A DNA stretch of 63,636 bases, the filler included, from Nemertoderma westbladi (taxonomy: Eukaryota; Animalia; Xenacoelomorpha), in the NCBI GenBank assembly GCA_032718475.1. It is 4 parts of 4 records of this genome, joined end to end, with 100 filler letters (N's around TTAATTAATTAA, not from the genome) between each part and the next. Parts side by side here need not be neighbours in the genome. Positions count along the whole stretch, not along the records: positions 1 to 22,572 come from JAUCBJ010003652.1; 3 more parts are not named here. The stretch is one strand, 5' to 3'. The position numbers and the translations under genes are program-made. Shown piece by piece: positions 1 to 9,517 of this stretch. Under the pieces are notes generated by a model that saw only the letters and a list, made by a program, of their open reading frames with translations, was not told where the DNA came from and made no database searches. Positions within the stretch are counted from its first letter, which is position 1; every line of letters begins with the position of its first letter.

Positions 1-54
1 CTCTAACAGTAGCGTAAAACGCAAATAAATCTGTTAAACCTTTTGACCATCTGT

Positions 55-312
55 AATTCTAGTCGATTAAGATATCGAGGCACCCACCGATATACTTGAA
101 AGACAAATTCTAGAATCAGTGGTTAACGTCCCCAGACAAGCTCTGGAATAAATCGGTGCCCATCTTAAATATTAATTTAATATTTATTAAAATCTGTAAA
201 ATTCAGATCCGTTAACAATTCTAGTCGATTAAGATATCGTAGCACTTACCGATACTCTTAAAAGACAAATTTCATAGAATTAAGGATCCTATGTCCCCAG
301 ACCTGCTCTGGA
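55..312. repeat. Imperfect direct duplication (~100 bp block, offset ~162 bp)
   Basis: AATTCTAGTCGATTAAGATATCG...AAAGACAAAT...GTCCCCAGAC..GCTCTGGAAT occurs starting at 55 and again at 217. Confidence 0.8.
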
Positions 313-1131
313 ATCAAATTGTGTCAATTTTAACATCAAATAATAAAATTCACGGGAATAAATTTAAATTCATATTTTAAATGAATTTCATAAATTGTCA
401 TTTTGTACAATTTATAACATTCCCGGAATTCCATTGATTAATAGGGAGCGGAGATTCATCCTATTGAGTGTATTAGAGTGCGAGAATCTCCAACATATAG
501 TCAATAGCCGATAAAATTAATAAAATCATACATAGAGAGGATATTGACAATTAAAGAATTATTATTAAATAGCATCCCAGATCTGTATGCATGAGAATTA
601 CCCTAATTCTACCGCTAGCATTCCATAATGTCACCATAGCAACACCCACGCTAGAATTAGAAGCAAGTTAAAAGAACAATAGAAAGCTTGTCCCATTGCA
701 TAGCATAGAGAATATAGCACACTGCTAGTATCCAAGGATACACAGTAATAACGTGACATTCTGGAAGGCACTGACTAACGGACAAATGGCCTGTATGTGT
801 ACAATTGGTGACAGTTGTGTAGAATTTGTGCGTTTGTAGGTGAATGTTACTGCTAAGGTGTGTTTACAGTAGCTAGTCGCAATTGTGAAAGTAACCCAAC
901 TCTCCTATAGAAAGAACCTAAAGTGGATTCAAGCCTTTGGGATGGACAGTGGAGTGACTTGTGCCGGTTATCATTGTCGTGATGTTGCTACATGTTGGCG
1001 TAAACACCGCGACGACGGTACATCGGCGCTGAGGATCTTACACTGTCCGGGGGCAAAAGAGGGGTAGGCAGCGACGCCCGCTAGCCTAATATATAAACTT
1101 ATTTGGATATTAATAAACTCAGATAGCAGAT

Positions 1132-4100
1132 ATGACGGAGTTGATAGAAGATGATCTTGGTATTAGGGAGCGATATACTCTACCTTTACAAGCATTTGTG
1201 GATAGCTTAATACGCGGTGAAGCCGATCCAACCATTACGGAGGACGATGGTCGTTATATCGAACCGCCGATGTCCCAAGAGCAACTTGCGCGTGAATTGG
1301 ACTGTCGGAAATTCACCACTCGCTATACGAATCGTAATGGTACGTATATGGACTTCTTAACTACCGGCCATCCTATCGATTTGCATGATACGAACGATGT
1401 AGATACAGAGAGGGAAATGGTTCTATTTAAATATCATACCCAGCGGAGTCGTAACGATAAACCGAGAATAGATCACGAAAATTCTATTCGTAATCGACTG
1501 GAAAGAGAAAACGTTGAAGAACCGGATAAACGCATCGACTTCAACGAATACCTAGAATTTTTGAGAGAAACCTATCTCAACATCGCCAGTCAGCAGAACT
1601 TAGAGACTCGATATCCTCAAGGTATACATCACGACCCTGTGGTAGAACTTAAACGGCTCTATTTCACTATGATGTATCTTACCGCCGATCGTCCACTACC
1701 TGTTATCCCGGATAGTTTTGAACAAATGGAAGAATACTGCAAAACTGGAGAACGATCACCCGCGTTTCCTCTACAGGACGTACGTCTTTGGTATTATTGT
1801 GACGAATGCCCTAGACCCAACCAACAAACTGAAAGACATAAACATCCGCGGAGACGTTGCGCTAAACATAGTTTTACGCGTTACACTTACGGGAGTTTCG
1901 AGCGAAATCTGTTCGACATACCACCCACGATCGCTCGTCTTAAACGATCACTGAATAAACCCATGATCAGAGTTCCGGAATACTCGGTCAGGCCTCCTCA
2001 TTCCCTAGTGAGACCTCAAACTCTTGATCCTAACAGTATCACTGATCCTCCCGAACTATATTCCTTGTTCAAAGACTTAGTGTTACCCAAACAATTAATC
2101 GGTGGTGCTCCGGTAGTGGGTTTGTTAGACATCCGCCCATCCTACTTAGCCGGATTGGGACGCGGGCAGCTAATATCACCCTTTGATCCTTACAATCGTC
2201 CAGGATTAAACCCGATGCAACCCGCCACGGAAGTCGAGGAGAGCGTTATAAGAAACGCTTTAGACGCCATTCTACAGAAAATCGGAAAGGGAACACAAGA
2301 TTGTTTAGAGAAACGTAAACTACAGCAACAAGTACAATCTGTGAAGGAGTTAGCCTTGCCACAGTTCGATAGAGAAATCCAAAACCTCGAGGAAGACATC
2401 GAGCTTGGACGCACGTATTCTCTACAAGAATTTTTAGATGAACACTTACAGAGACAAGCGGAAGAAATTCTACTCGAGGAGAAACACACGAAACTGGAAG
2501 AGAGAGAAGAAGCCGCTTTAGCCCAACCGGAAGCTCAAATCCTCATGACGGACCTCTACTCTAAAACCGTTCGTCATCCCTCGATGATTCCACATTTCGG
2601 GGACAAGCTCTTCGCGACGATACAACCTCAACCGGTTGATATCAGTACAGGATCGCAAAATCTTATCGCTGACGCCCCTATGTTACAGCGTCCGCCGATC
2701 GAGGCCGCTCGTGTTGACGGTATACTCGTTGAACCTCCGGACAATCGAGTGGATCTTGTCCGTCGTATGGTACACGATGTCAACATACGCGCTAGACCCT
2801 TACAGAACTCGTTTTATGGGATCAAAGACCACCCTTATTACGTTAATCTGACTCAATATTATATGGTAAAACCAGAAGACCCGACACATAATTTAAAGTT
2901 TCTACCACTGATAAATCCTCTAGACATTGTCGAACTCGAACAATTGCAGAAACATCTGGATCAGTTAGTAAAGGTAAACTCATTTAGAAAACCATATAAC
3001 ATTTCTCGAATCGAGAAAGATATAGAACCTCCTTATAATCTCGATGGATTTATTAAAACTCGATTAGTCCATTGGAATCTAGATGTATTATTTGAAGAGG
3101 AGAAAATACAAAGATATGGAAATGTAGAGACGTATACCACTCGGCATATGAAGTATAGTGATCTCCCCGACGCTAACCAATGCGGCATTGTGGCATTGTG
3201 GCATCCAGTAGGGATGACCCTAGAGAACGCCACCAAGGAGTGGAATGAAACTCTTAATGTTATTGAGATGTATGGAGTTGTCACCTACGATAATGAATGT
3301 AGCATTCCGGTCGGAGAACTAGGAACTACGCGCATGATCCACATACGCGGATTAGCTGGTTCTACCCACGTGTTCACTCGAGCGTGTTCCGACGTGATTG
3401 ATTATTCTTTTGAAACTCTCACCGAAACACAAAGGAATCTCCGACATGAACAATTCGAACTCGCGCAGCGTTACGTCATTGACACCGAACGCAAACCGGC
3501 CATGGGCATCGATGGATCGATGTTACCCCAGCCCGTACTCGAGATGTTATTCAATGAAAGAATCCTTAAAATCGGCTCAGCTGTTTATGGAGATCTCCAA
3601 AACGACTTTTGGAATATGGAGAACATTCCATACCCTTTCGTTGATACTCAGCTGATTGCCCCCTGGGCAGAAGGTCGAGGTTTCTTCCGCACCATGTATG
3701 CTAATACGTCTAGCAACATTACAAAGGTGCAACGAACTTCCATCGGACATCTTGCCTTTCAGGAATACGGATGGAATCTCAAAGTCGGAAATCCCATTAA
3801 CTATCAACAAGTATACGGAGATCATTATTCTCGCTTGTACTTTGATGGACCATTAACCGCACCTGGCGCCGTGTATAGCTTCATGAGTGTTCCACTCCGT
3901 CCCTCCTTAGCTATATACACAATCTTTGAAAATACCGCACTTGCCGGTTGGCTAGCCGATGTGTGCAGTCGTACTATACGCGCCCATCCATTAATACTTG
4001 GAACCAAACTCGCTAAGCTAGATGAACATAATAAATTCATTCGTTTCGAATGTTTCCGGCGATTTTTAACCCCGTTCCGCAACGTGGATAGCCAATTTAA

Positions 4101-5391
4101 AGACCGCGCTTTGACCAAACTCAGCCTAAGAAACTCAGCTGCAGAGAAGTTGGATAGCGCTGGATTCGCCATTTTCCAAGAGATTTGTATATCGAACTTG
4201 AACTCCTCAGTTATACAAAGACCTCGAATCCCCACCGGTTATTCTGTCGTGGAAATTCAGACAATAGGTCCACCTGAAGAGACAGACACGCCCACCTCAG
4301 CTATGCATTTGGAAGACGAACCAATATGTCTAGAATCTGAAGAGATTCAGCCTATCGCACCCCGGAACAGCGACAACGATTACATCATAGAATGGTATCA
4401 AGGTCCACAGTGTCTCACTGCGTACGATTATCGACATGCCAATTATGTTTCTAGGCAACGTTGTCGGTTATGCGCATCGAGAGACCATGATACGCCCATG
4501 GACACCAACGTCCGCTGTTCCTATTTCCAAGAACAACCGACTATGGAAATTTATTGCGCATATTGCAGACTCAATAACTTGCATATCTTTGCTGTTTGCC
4601 CTCAATTTATGACTCAATGTCACCATTGTCAACTAAAGGGACATGCCAGTTTCGATTGCCCTTTTAATTACGATTTGGAAAGCGTAGATGAAATGATCAC
4701 ACTACGTTACATCAGAGCTTGGGAAGCGAACGCTGATTTACATTGTGATTCGCGCCATCGCTATTATCCCGGACGCGCTTACGAAGGAGTTTATGCGTTC
4801 CATCCTTATCTATTCGCTTCGGTTGAACAGAAATCACGCATATCAAGTTACGAGCTACTGAAGCGCGTTGGAGAATGTATTTCAACCAAATTCGTACGCA
4901 AATTTCTCAGGAGTGTTAATCCTAGCGACCTTCATTCCTATAACTTAATCAATTATATCCGTCAGGATCCGGGCTATGGAGACTTGTTTGTTAACTCACA
5001 CCCCGAGTTACAGGAAGTATATCGACGGCCTTACGAATACCGAGCCCGCGAACGCGAGTTGGAAAGGACCATTAAACCCCGGAGGTTTCTAACTGCCTAT
5101 GGTCCACCCACGGCCCTCGTTCAGACCACTCGTAAAGGACCCGTAAGAGCGGCTGTCTTGAAACGAGCTCTCAAAGCTGTTAGACCCCTCTCCCCGGACG
5201 TTGATGTCAATCAACCCGGTACTTCGACTGGCGGATACACCGACCATAATCCTACACCCTCTGATGCAATCATATTGCACCCTTCACCCAGGAGTTATAG
5301 CCCTCCTTGTAAAGTGGCTCGCCCCAAAGAGAAAAGGACTCTGGCTAGCTTTAAGAAACTGCGTAAACGCCGTCCGCGCAAGAAAGACTAA
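1132..5391 (+). CDS. 1419-aa intronless protein with DEDDy-like 3'-5' exonuclease domain and CCHC zinc knuckles; probable accessory ORF of an LTR retroelement
   Basis: Long open frame. ExoI-like GVVTYDNEC (~3274-3300), LPQPVLEMLFNERILKIGSAVYGD and FVDTQ (~3520-3650), SIGHLAFQEYGWNLK, ExoIII-like PLRPSLAIYTIFE (~3890-3930). Cys/His motifs CRLCASRDH, CAYC..H..C and CHHCQLKGHASFDC (4460-4660). Predicted coiled coil at ~2300-2520 and a basic C-terminus. Followed by a PPT and LTR. Confidence 0.75.
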   Translation: MTELIEDDLGIRERYTLPLQAFVDSLIRGEADPTITEDDGRYIEPPMSQEQLARELDCRKFTTRYTNRNGTYMDFLTTGHPIDLHDTNDVDTEREMVLFKYHTQRSRNDKPRIDHENSIRNRLERENVEEPDKRIDFNEYLEFLRETYLNIASQQNLETRYPQGIHHDPVVELKRLYFTMMYLTADRPLPVIPDSFEQMEEYCKTGERSPAFPLQDVRLWYYCDECPRPNQQTERHKHPRRRCAKHSFTRYTYGSFERNLFDIPPTIARLKRSLNKPMIRVPEYSVRPPHSLVRPQTLDPNSITDPPELYSLFKDLVLPKQLIGGAPVVGLLDIRPSYLAGLGRGQLISPFDPYNRPGLNPMQPATEVEESVIRNALDAILQKIGKGTQDCLEKRKLQQQVQSVKELALPQFDREIQNLEEDIELGRTYSLQEFLDEHLQRQAEEILLEEKHTKLEEREEAALAQPEAQILMTDLYSKTVRHPSMIPHFGDKLFATIQPQPVDISTGSQNLIADAPMLQRPPIEAARVDGILVEPPDNRVDLVRRMVHDVNIRARPLQNSFYGIKDHPYYVNLTQYYMVKPEDPTHNLKFLPLINPLDIVELEQLQKHLDQLVKVNSFRKPYNISRIEKDIEPPYNLDGFIKTRLVHWNLDVLFEEEKIQRYGNVETYTTRHMKYSDLPDANQCGIVALWHPVGMTLENATKEWNETLNVIEMYGVVTYDNECSIPVGELGTTRMIHIRGLAGSTHVFTRACSDVIDYSFETLTETQRNLRHEQFELAQRYVIDTERKPAMGIDGSMLPQPVLEMLFNERILKIGSAVYGDLQNDFWNMENIPYPFVDTQLIAPWAEGRGFFRTMYANTSSNITKVQRTSIGHLAFQEYGWNLKVGNPINYQQVYGDHYSRLYFDGPLTAPGAVYSFMSVPLRPSLAIYTIFENTALAGWLADVCSRTIRAHPLILGTKLAKLDEHNKFIRFECFRRFLTPFRNVDSQFKDRALTKLSLRNSAAEKLDSAGFAIFQEICISNLNSSVIQRPRIPTGYSVVEIQTIGPPEETDTPTSAMHLEDEPICLESEEIQPIAPRNSDNDYIIEWYQGPQCLTAYDYRHANYVSRQRCRLCASRDHDTPMDTNVRCSYFQEQPTMEIYCAYCRLNNLHIFAVCPQFMTQCHHCQLKGHASFDCPFNYDLESVDEMITLRYIRAWEANADLHCDSRHRYYPGRAYEGVYAFHPYLFASVEQKSRISSYELLKRVGECISTKFVRKFLRSVNPSDLHSYNLINYIRQDPGYGDLFVNSHPELQEVYRRPYEYRARERELERTIKPRRFLTAYGPPTALVQTTRKGPVRAAVLKRALKAVRPLSPDVDVNQPGTSTGGYTDHNPTPSDAIILHPSPRSYSPPCKVARPKEKRTLASFKKLRKRRPRKKD

Positions 5392-5461
5392 CTGTTTAGA
5401 GTATTTACGTATATTAGAAACTGTGATTTTGTATATTTTATAGACTCAAATCCCATTTTCT

Positions 5462-5469
5462 GGGAGCGG
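5462..5469 (+). other. Polypurine tract-like sequence (GGGAGCGG) abutting LTR
   Basis: Purine-rich octamer immediately 5' of the TGTAAAAGCTT terminus that is shared with the other LTR copy. Confidence 0.55.
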
Positions 5470-6731
5470 TGTAAAAGCTTCTGTGGGATATAACTGGCCC
5501 TTTTGCTTCGCAATCCAGTTTCCCCCCTAGGCGCTGGAATACTCTAAAAGGCTCTATAACTATATATATATTCCCCTCGCCCGCAAGGTACCGTTATAGG
5601 TGTTTTAACGGACATAAAAGTCATTCTGCTATATACGTGTTTTGGCGGACATGGTAAGGCAAAAAACCTGCAATGCACCAAGTACCTTTACACAGCTTAG
5701 CCTTGATGATTCAGATTGCGACATCTAGCAGCTGGTTGCTGGCATGGAAACAGCCATTGGACGCATGGTTCTTTGTTTGGCTTGAGCCAATCAGAGCGAT
5801 TTTTTCTGTCAATGTGTAGATATTCGGCCGATCATACTAGAAGTGTTCAGTCTTACTGTTTTTTGTGATACTGTTGTTGTTGGTATCTAGGCCAGGAACA
5901 CCGGCTCTAGAGTCAATTAGTTTTCATACTTTAGAAGAAACATTAGTAGGCTTAAATTATAGAGCGTATAACTGTTATCACATCATATATCAATTCATAT
6001 CAACTTGTTTCTATTCTTGCATTATCGGTTCAACATACATTATTATACTGCTATTTACTGTTGTGTTTTGGTTGAATATTATTTGGAGAACATATATAAA
6101 GAACCCAAATTTCCCAATTTTCTTGATACACTACAGGTTAGAGAGACGGGTTATATATAGCGATTGCGACTTATATTGTTGTGGTTTGTAGTGAATTTAA
6201 TGCTATTTGGTAAGCCCTACATGAGTCAATTGCTGTTCGCTTTATATATGATAAAATTCATTGACGGTCGGCAAATTAGTGAGCAGTATTGTGTGTTACC
6301 GGTAGTGTGCATGATTGTGATTGATAACTAAGCATTTCCTAAAGAATGCGCCTCATACGTGAATCATAAGCCTTACCGACTTACCGTTGTGACTAGTATA
6401 AGTCATATCTCTGTTTACCTAGATAGAGCGCCACGTCCTAAAGGAACTGTTAATATTTCCCGAAAGTGAATAATATTAGTCAGAAATTATTTATTAACGA
6501 TCAATCGAATAATACAATACAGTAAGCTTACACTGCAATAATAATCTAAGCCCTCAGAATCCAGTCTCCCGGGTATATCCAGCGGGTGAATGGACGCGCA
6601 CTAGGCTGGCTTCTGCTAATGTTGTGTTTATTGGTATTAAATATTTGTCATCTTCTAAAGTCTATTTATAAACCAAAAGACATATAAATTTTGGCAGGTT
6701 AAACTGCTAAAGGTCTTCAAAAGCGCGTACA
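5470..6731 (+). mobile_element. Long terminal repeat (3' LTR, ~1.26 kb)
   Basis: Begins TGTAAAAGCTT and ends AAAAGCGCGTACA (TGTA...TACA). Colinear similarity to 47193-48224 (-) and 45752-45885 (+), with homology stopping at these termini. Conserved AGCCAATCAGAG CCAAT box at ~5785. Confidence 0.8.
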
Positions 6732-7420
6732 GTGTTCTATTGGGCAAGTGACTGCATCCCTATAATATTACGCTATAATGCTTAATGTCAAAATTGATAA
6801 ATTTAAAAATTGCCTATTGGGGAGTATATAACGTTACCCAGTTGATGAGACACGTTACCCTAGAACAAGTACCATAAAACCTTTACATCTATAGTACAGT
6901 ATGTGGCACCAGTGCCGGTATTTTTGTAGGTCCCGAGTGGTAGAGATATTATTCTACGACATTTTCCGGCCAACGGAGACTATGAAACTGAATGATTGGG
7001 TGTTTCAAATGTTTACTTTTAATTTCAAAGTCGCAAACATTACCGTAATTATTGTTATCCATTAGGGCATAAGATAATCTGACACTAGGGCAACTATTAC
7101 TAGTATGTTATGTACGTTACCTACAAAGTAATTATTTTTAGTAAATCATTATTATAATAATTTATTATTATAAGTCAATATTCCTACAAAAAGCCTACAT
7201 TAATATATTCCATAACGAAGTGGAGCGGACTGTAAATACTGGCGGTAAGATAATTTATATTAATAATTCTCCAAGTAAGTAAAAGTTTCCTATTCAATCT
7301 AAATACTATTGTGTTAAAATTGTGTGAAAGATGACGGAATGAAAGTTAATTTCAGAATGCTTGTTGTTATTCATCTACCGTAAGTCTAGCCACTGCAGTA
7401 GGCCTACTGTAATTGTGAGT

Positions 7421-7527
7421 GGAACAAAATTCGCTAAAATAGGAACAAAATTCGCAAAAATAGGAACAAAGTTCGCTGTGAATTTGAACAAAATTTGCAT
7501 TTTTCACATTTTAGGAACAAAGTTCGC
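7421..7527. repeat. Short ~21-bp tandem repeats (GGAACAAAATTCGCAAAAATA)
   Basis: About 4-5 imperfect copies visible. Confidence 0.65.
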
Positions 7528-8478
7528 GCTCCGAGTGAGAGAGTAATAAATTTGGCAAGTAATATACTTCTCTGCAGTTTGAGCATGATTCAATAAATAG
7601 TAGTAGCTTTACTAGGCCCTCATGAGTACCAGCACCTGGTGTTTCTATCGTTGAGTTGATGGCAATTTTCGTGTTTTCACCTTTTCACTCTTCGAAATTG
7701 CGACAAACATTATGTAGAATTGGGAAAAATGGAAGAACGTGTTTGCTTGACCTAGTAGTTGTAGTGCACTCATATGCAATGAAACTATAAACAAGGTAGA
7801 ACATAGTTTTCCGTAGTACAGTAGCTGTCAGGGTGGAAAGGTAGTAGTGGTGGTATTTTGGGTGCTAACTTTATCCTTCTTCCATGAGATTAGCTTTTTT
7901 CTTTTCTGTCATGTAAATGTGGGCTCAGTAGGATTAGAGGATCATATGTCGTTTCTAGTCCGCGGTATAATTACTAAGTCGGAGGACATTGCTAACAGCA
8001 GTGCAACACCCGCTGTGGAATATTTAATGAGAAGAACCGTATAGAAATAAGGCTGTGCTGTGGCATCTATCAGTGCGGGGCACCAGAAGGGTTGGCGCAT
8101 ATAATAGTCATAGGGTGTGGTATTGTAAGGTATCTCACTTCTTGTGATGTATCAAAAGAGATCGAGGTTCAGCATAAAACCGAATCATGGGATGTGATTT
8201 TGGAAGATAGCAGCTGTATCTCTTATATATCTCAAATTATTTTCGAAGGTTTGGGGTATATATAATTTATATAATATATAAATATATAAATATAATTGTA
8301 AGGAAACCAAGATCAACCACGTTAAATAAAAATTATAAGAAATTACACAAGCTTTCGAAATAATATAATATTTCTTTTTCAAGTGATTTAAATAATTAAT
8401 TAAATAAATAGCTAATAATTCATTACAGTTTCCATGAAATTAAGCGTCTACAGTACATTAGTCTACATAATGAGTTCT

Positions 8479-8900
8479 CTAATCTGGATTAAATACGTCT
8501 AAGCCGAAATTATTGCAAACCGCTTCATTTATAGTGTTGAGACCAAATGGCTTGATTGTTCTTAAGGTGCACTGCCAGTATCCTTCCCTTGTACGGATCT
8601 CCCGTCGCTGATCTTTCTTTCCCCTGCCTTTGTAATGAACCTTTTCAATGGGTGTTATTTCGAAATGCGAAAAATCATGGTTTTCATTTTTACAAAAATG
8701 TTTCTCTATAGTCGTTTGTGGCTTATGATTCCTTATATTACACTTATATTGTGATAGCCTTGGTTTAAATGTTTCTGTTGATCCGATTCCTTGTAAGTTA
8801 CATATTTTACATTTTGCTAAATATATTATATCTTTGTCATCACAGGTAAGGCGCTGTTTAATTTCATATTTAGTTTTCAAACGGGTCGAGGTCAAACGGA
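8479..8900 (-). mobile_element. Penelope-like element fragment, C-terminal GIY-YIG endonuclease
   Basis: YEIKQRLTCDDKDIIYLAKCKICNLQGIGST...RLSQYK...EKHF...REGYWQCTLRTIKPFGLN is a typical PLE GIY-YIG; 5'-truncated. Confidence 0.85.
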
Positions 8901-8912
8901 ACCTCGACCCGT

Positions 8913-9417
8913 TAGCTCTATCAAAAATGGATACCATTTGGAAATCAGATCTCTCCAGGCACCTGAAGACTAAGTTCTTTCGAGCCACAGTGGAAAGTGT
9001 ATTTTTATACGGGGGTGAGACCTGGACACTGACTAAATCACTTGAACAACGAATTGATGGTTGCTACACAAGACTACTAAGGGCAGCCTTAAACATCAGC
9101 TGGAGACAACACATGACAAACGCCGAGCTTTATGGTACAATACCACCTGTATCAACCACCCTCTGTGAACGCAGATTAAGATTCAGTGGGCACTGCTGGC
9201 GAAGTAAAGACGAGGTCATACCAGATCTACTTCTCTGGCAACCAACTCATGGAAAGCGTAGTCATGGACGACCGGCCATAACATATATAGATCAACTTGA
9301 AAGAGATACTGAACTTGGGAGAAACGAAATTGCGACAACTATGGAGAATCGGGAAGCCTGGAAGGATCTCATTTCCACTGTCCGAGTTCGCTCGACCTAG
9401 TAGTAGTAGTAGTAGTA
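8913..9417 (+). mobile_element. RTE-clade LINE 3' fragment (family A) with (TAG)n tail
   Basis: FLYGGETWTLT...RRLRFSGHCWR...GRP...W C-terminal RT motifs; ends VRVRST*, then TAG repeats; near-identical to 17143-18020 and 55922-56396. Confidence 0.9.
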
Positions 9418-9517
9418 ATGTTTTTATCACTCTAATATAAAATATACAAACGTTGCGGCAAGCCGACTTCAGAGGGTTATACATTAAATCGAAACCGGAC
9501 GTGACGACCGACCGACC

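Noticed and set aside
1132-5391. Interpretation as gag or env
   Set aside because: No capsid-protease-RT succession after the knuckles, no signal peptide or TM segment, and it lies just before a PPT and LTR rather than after a PBS; a highly derived gag cannot be fully excluded.
8834-9400. 188-aa and 169-aa ORFs as genuine fusion genes
   Set aside because: Chance read-through across a Penelope/RTE junction.
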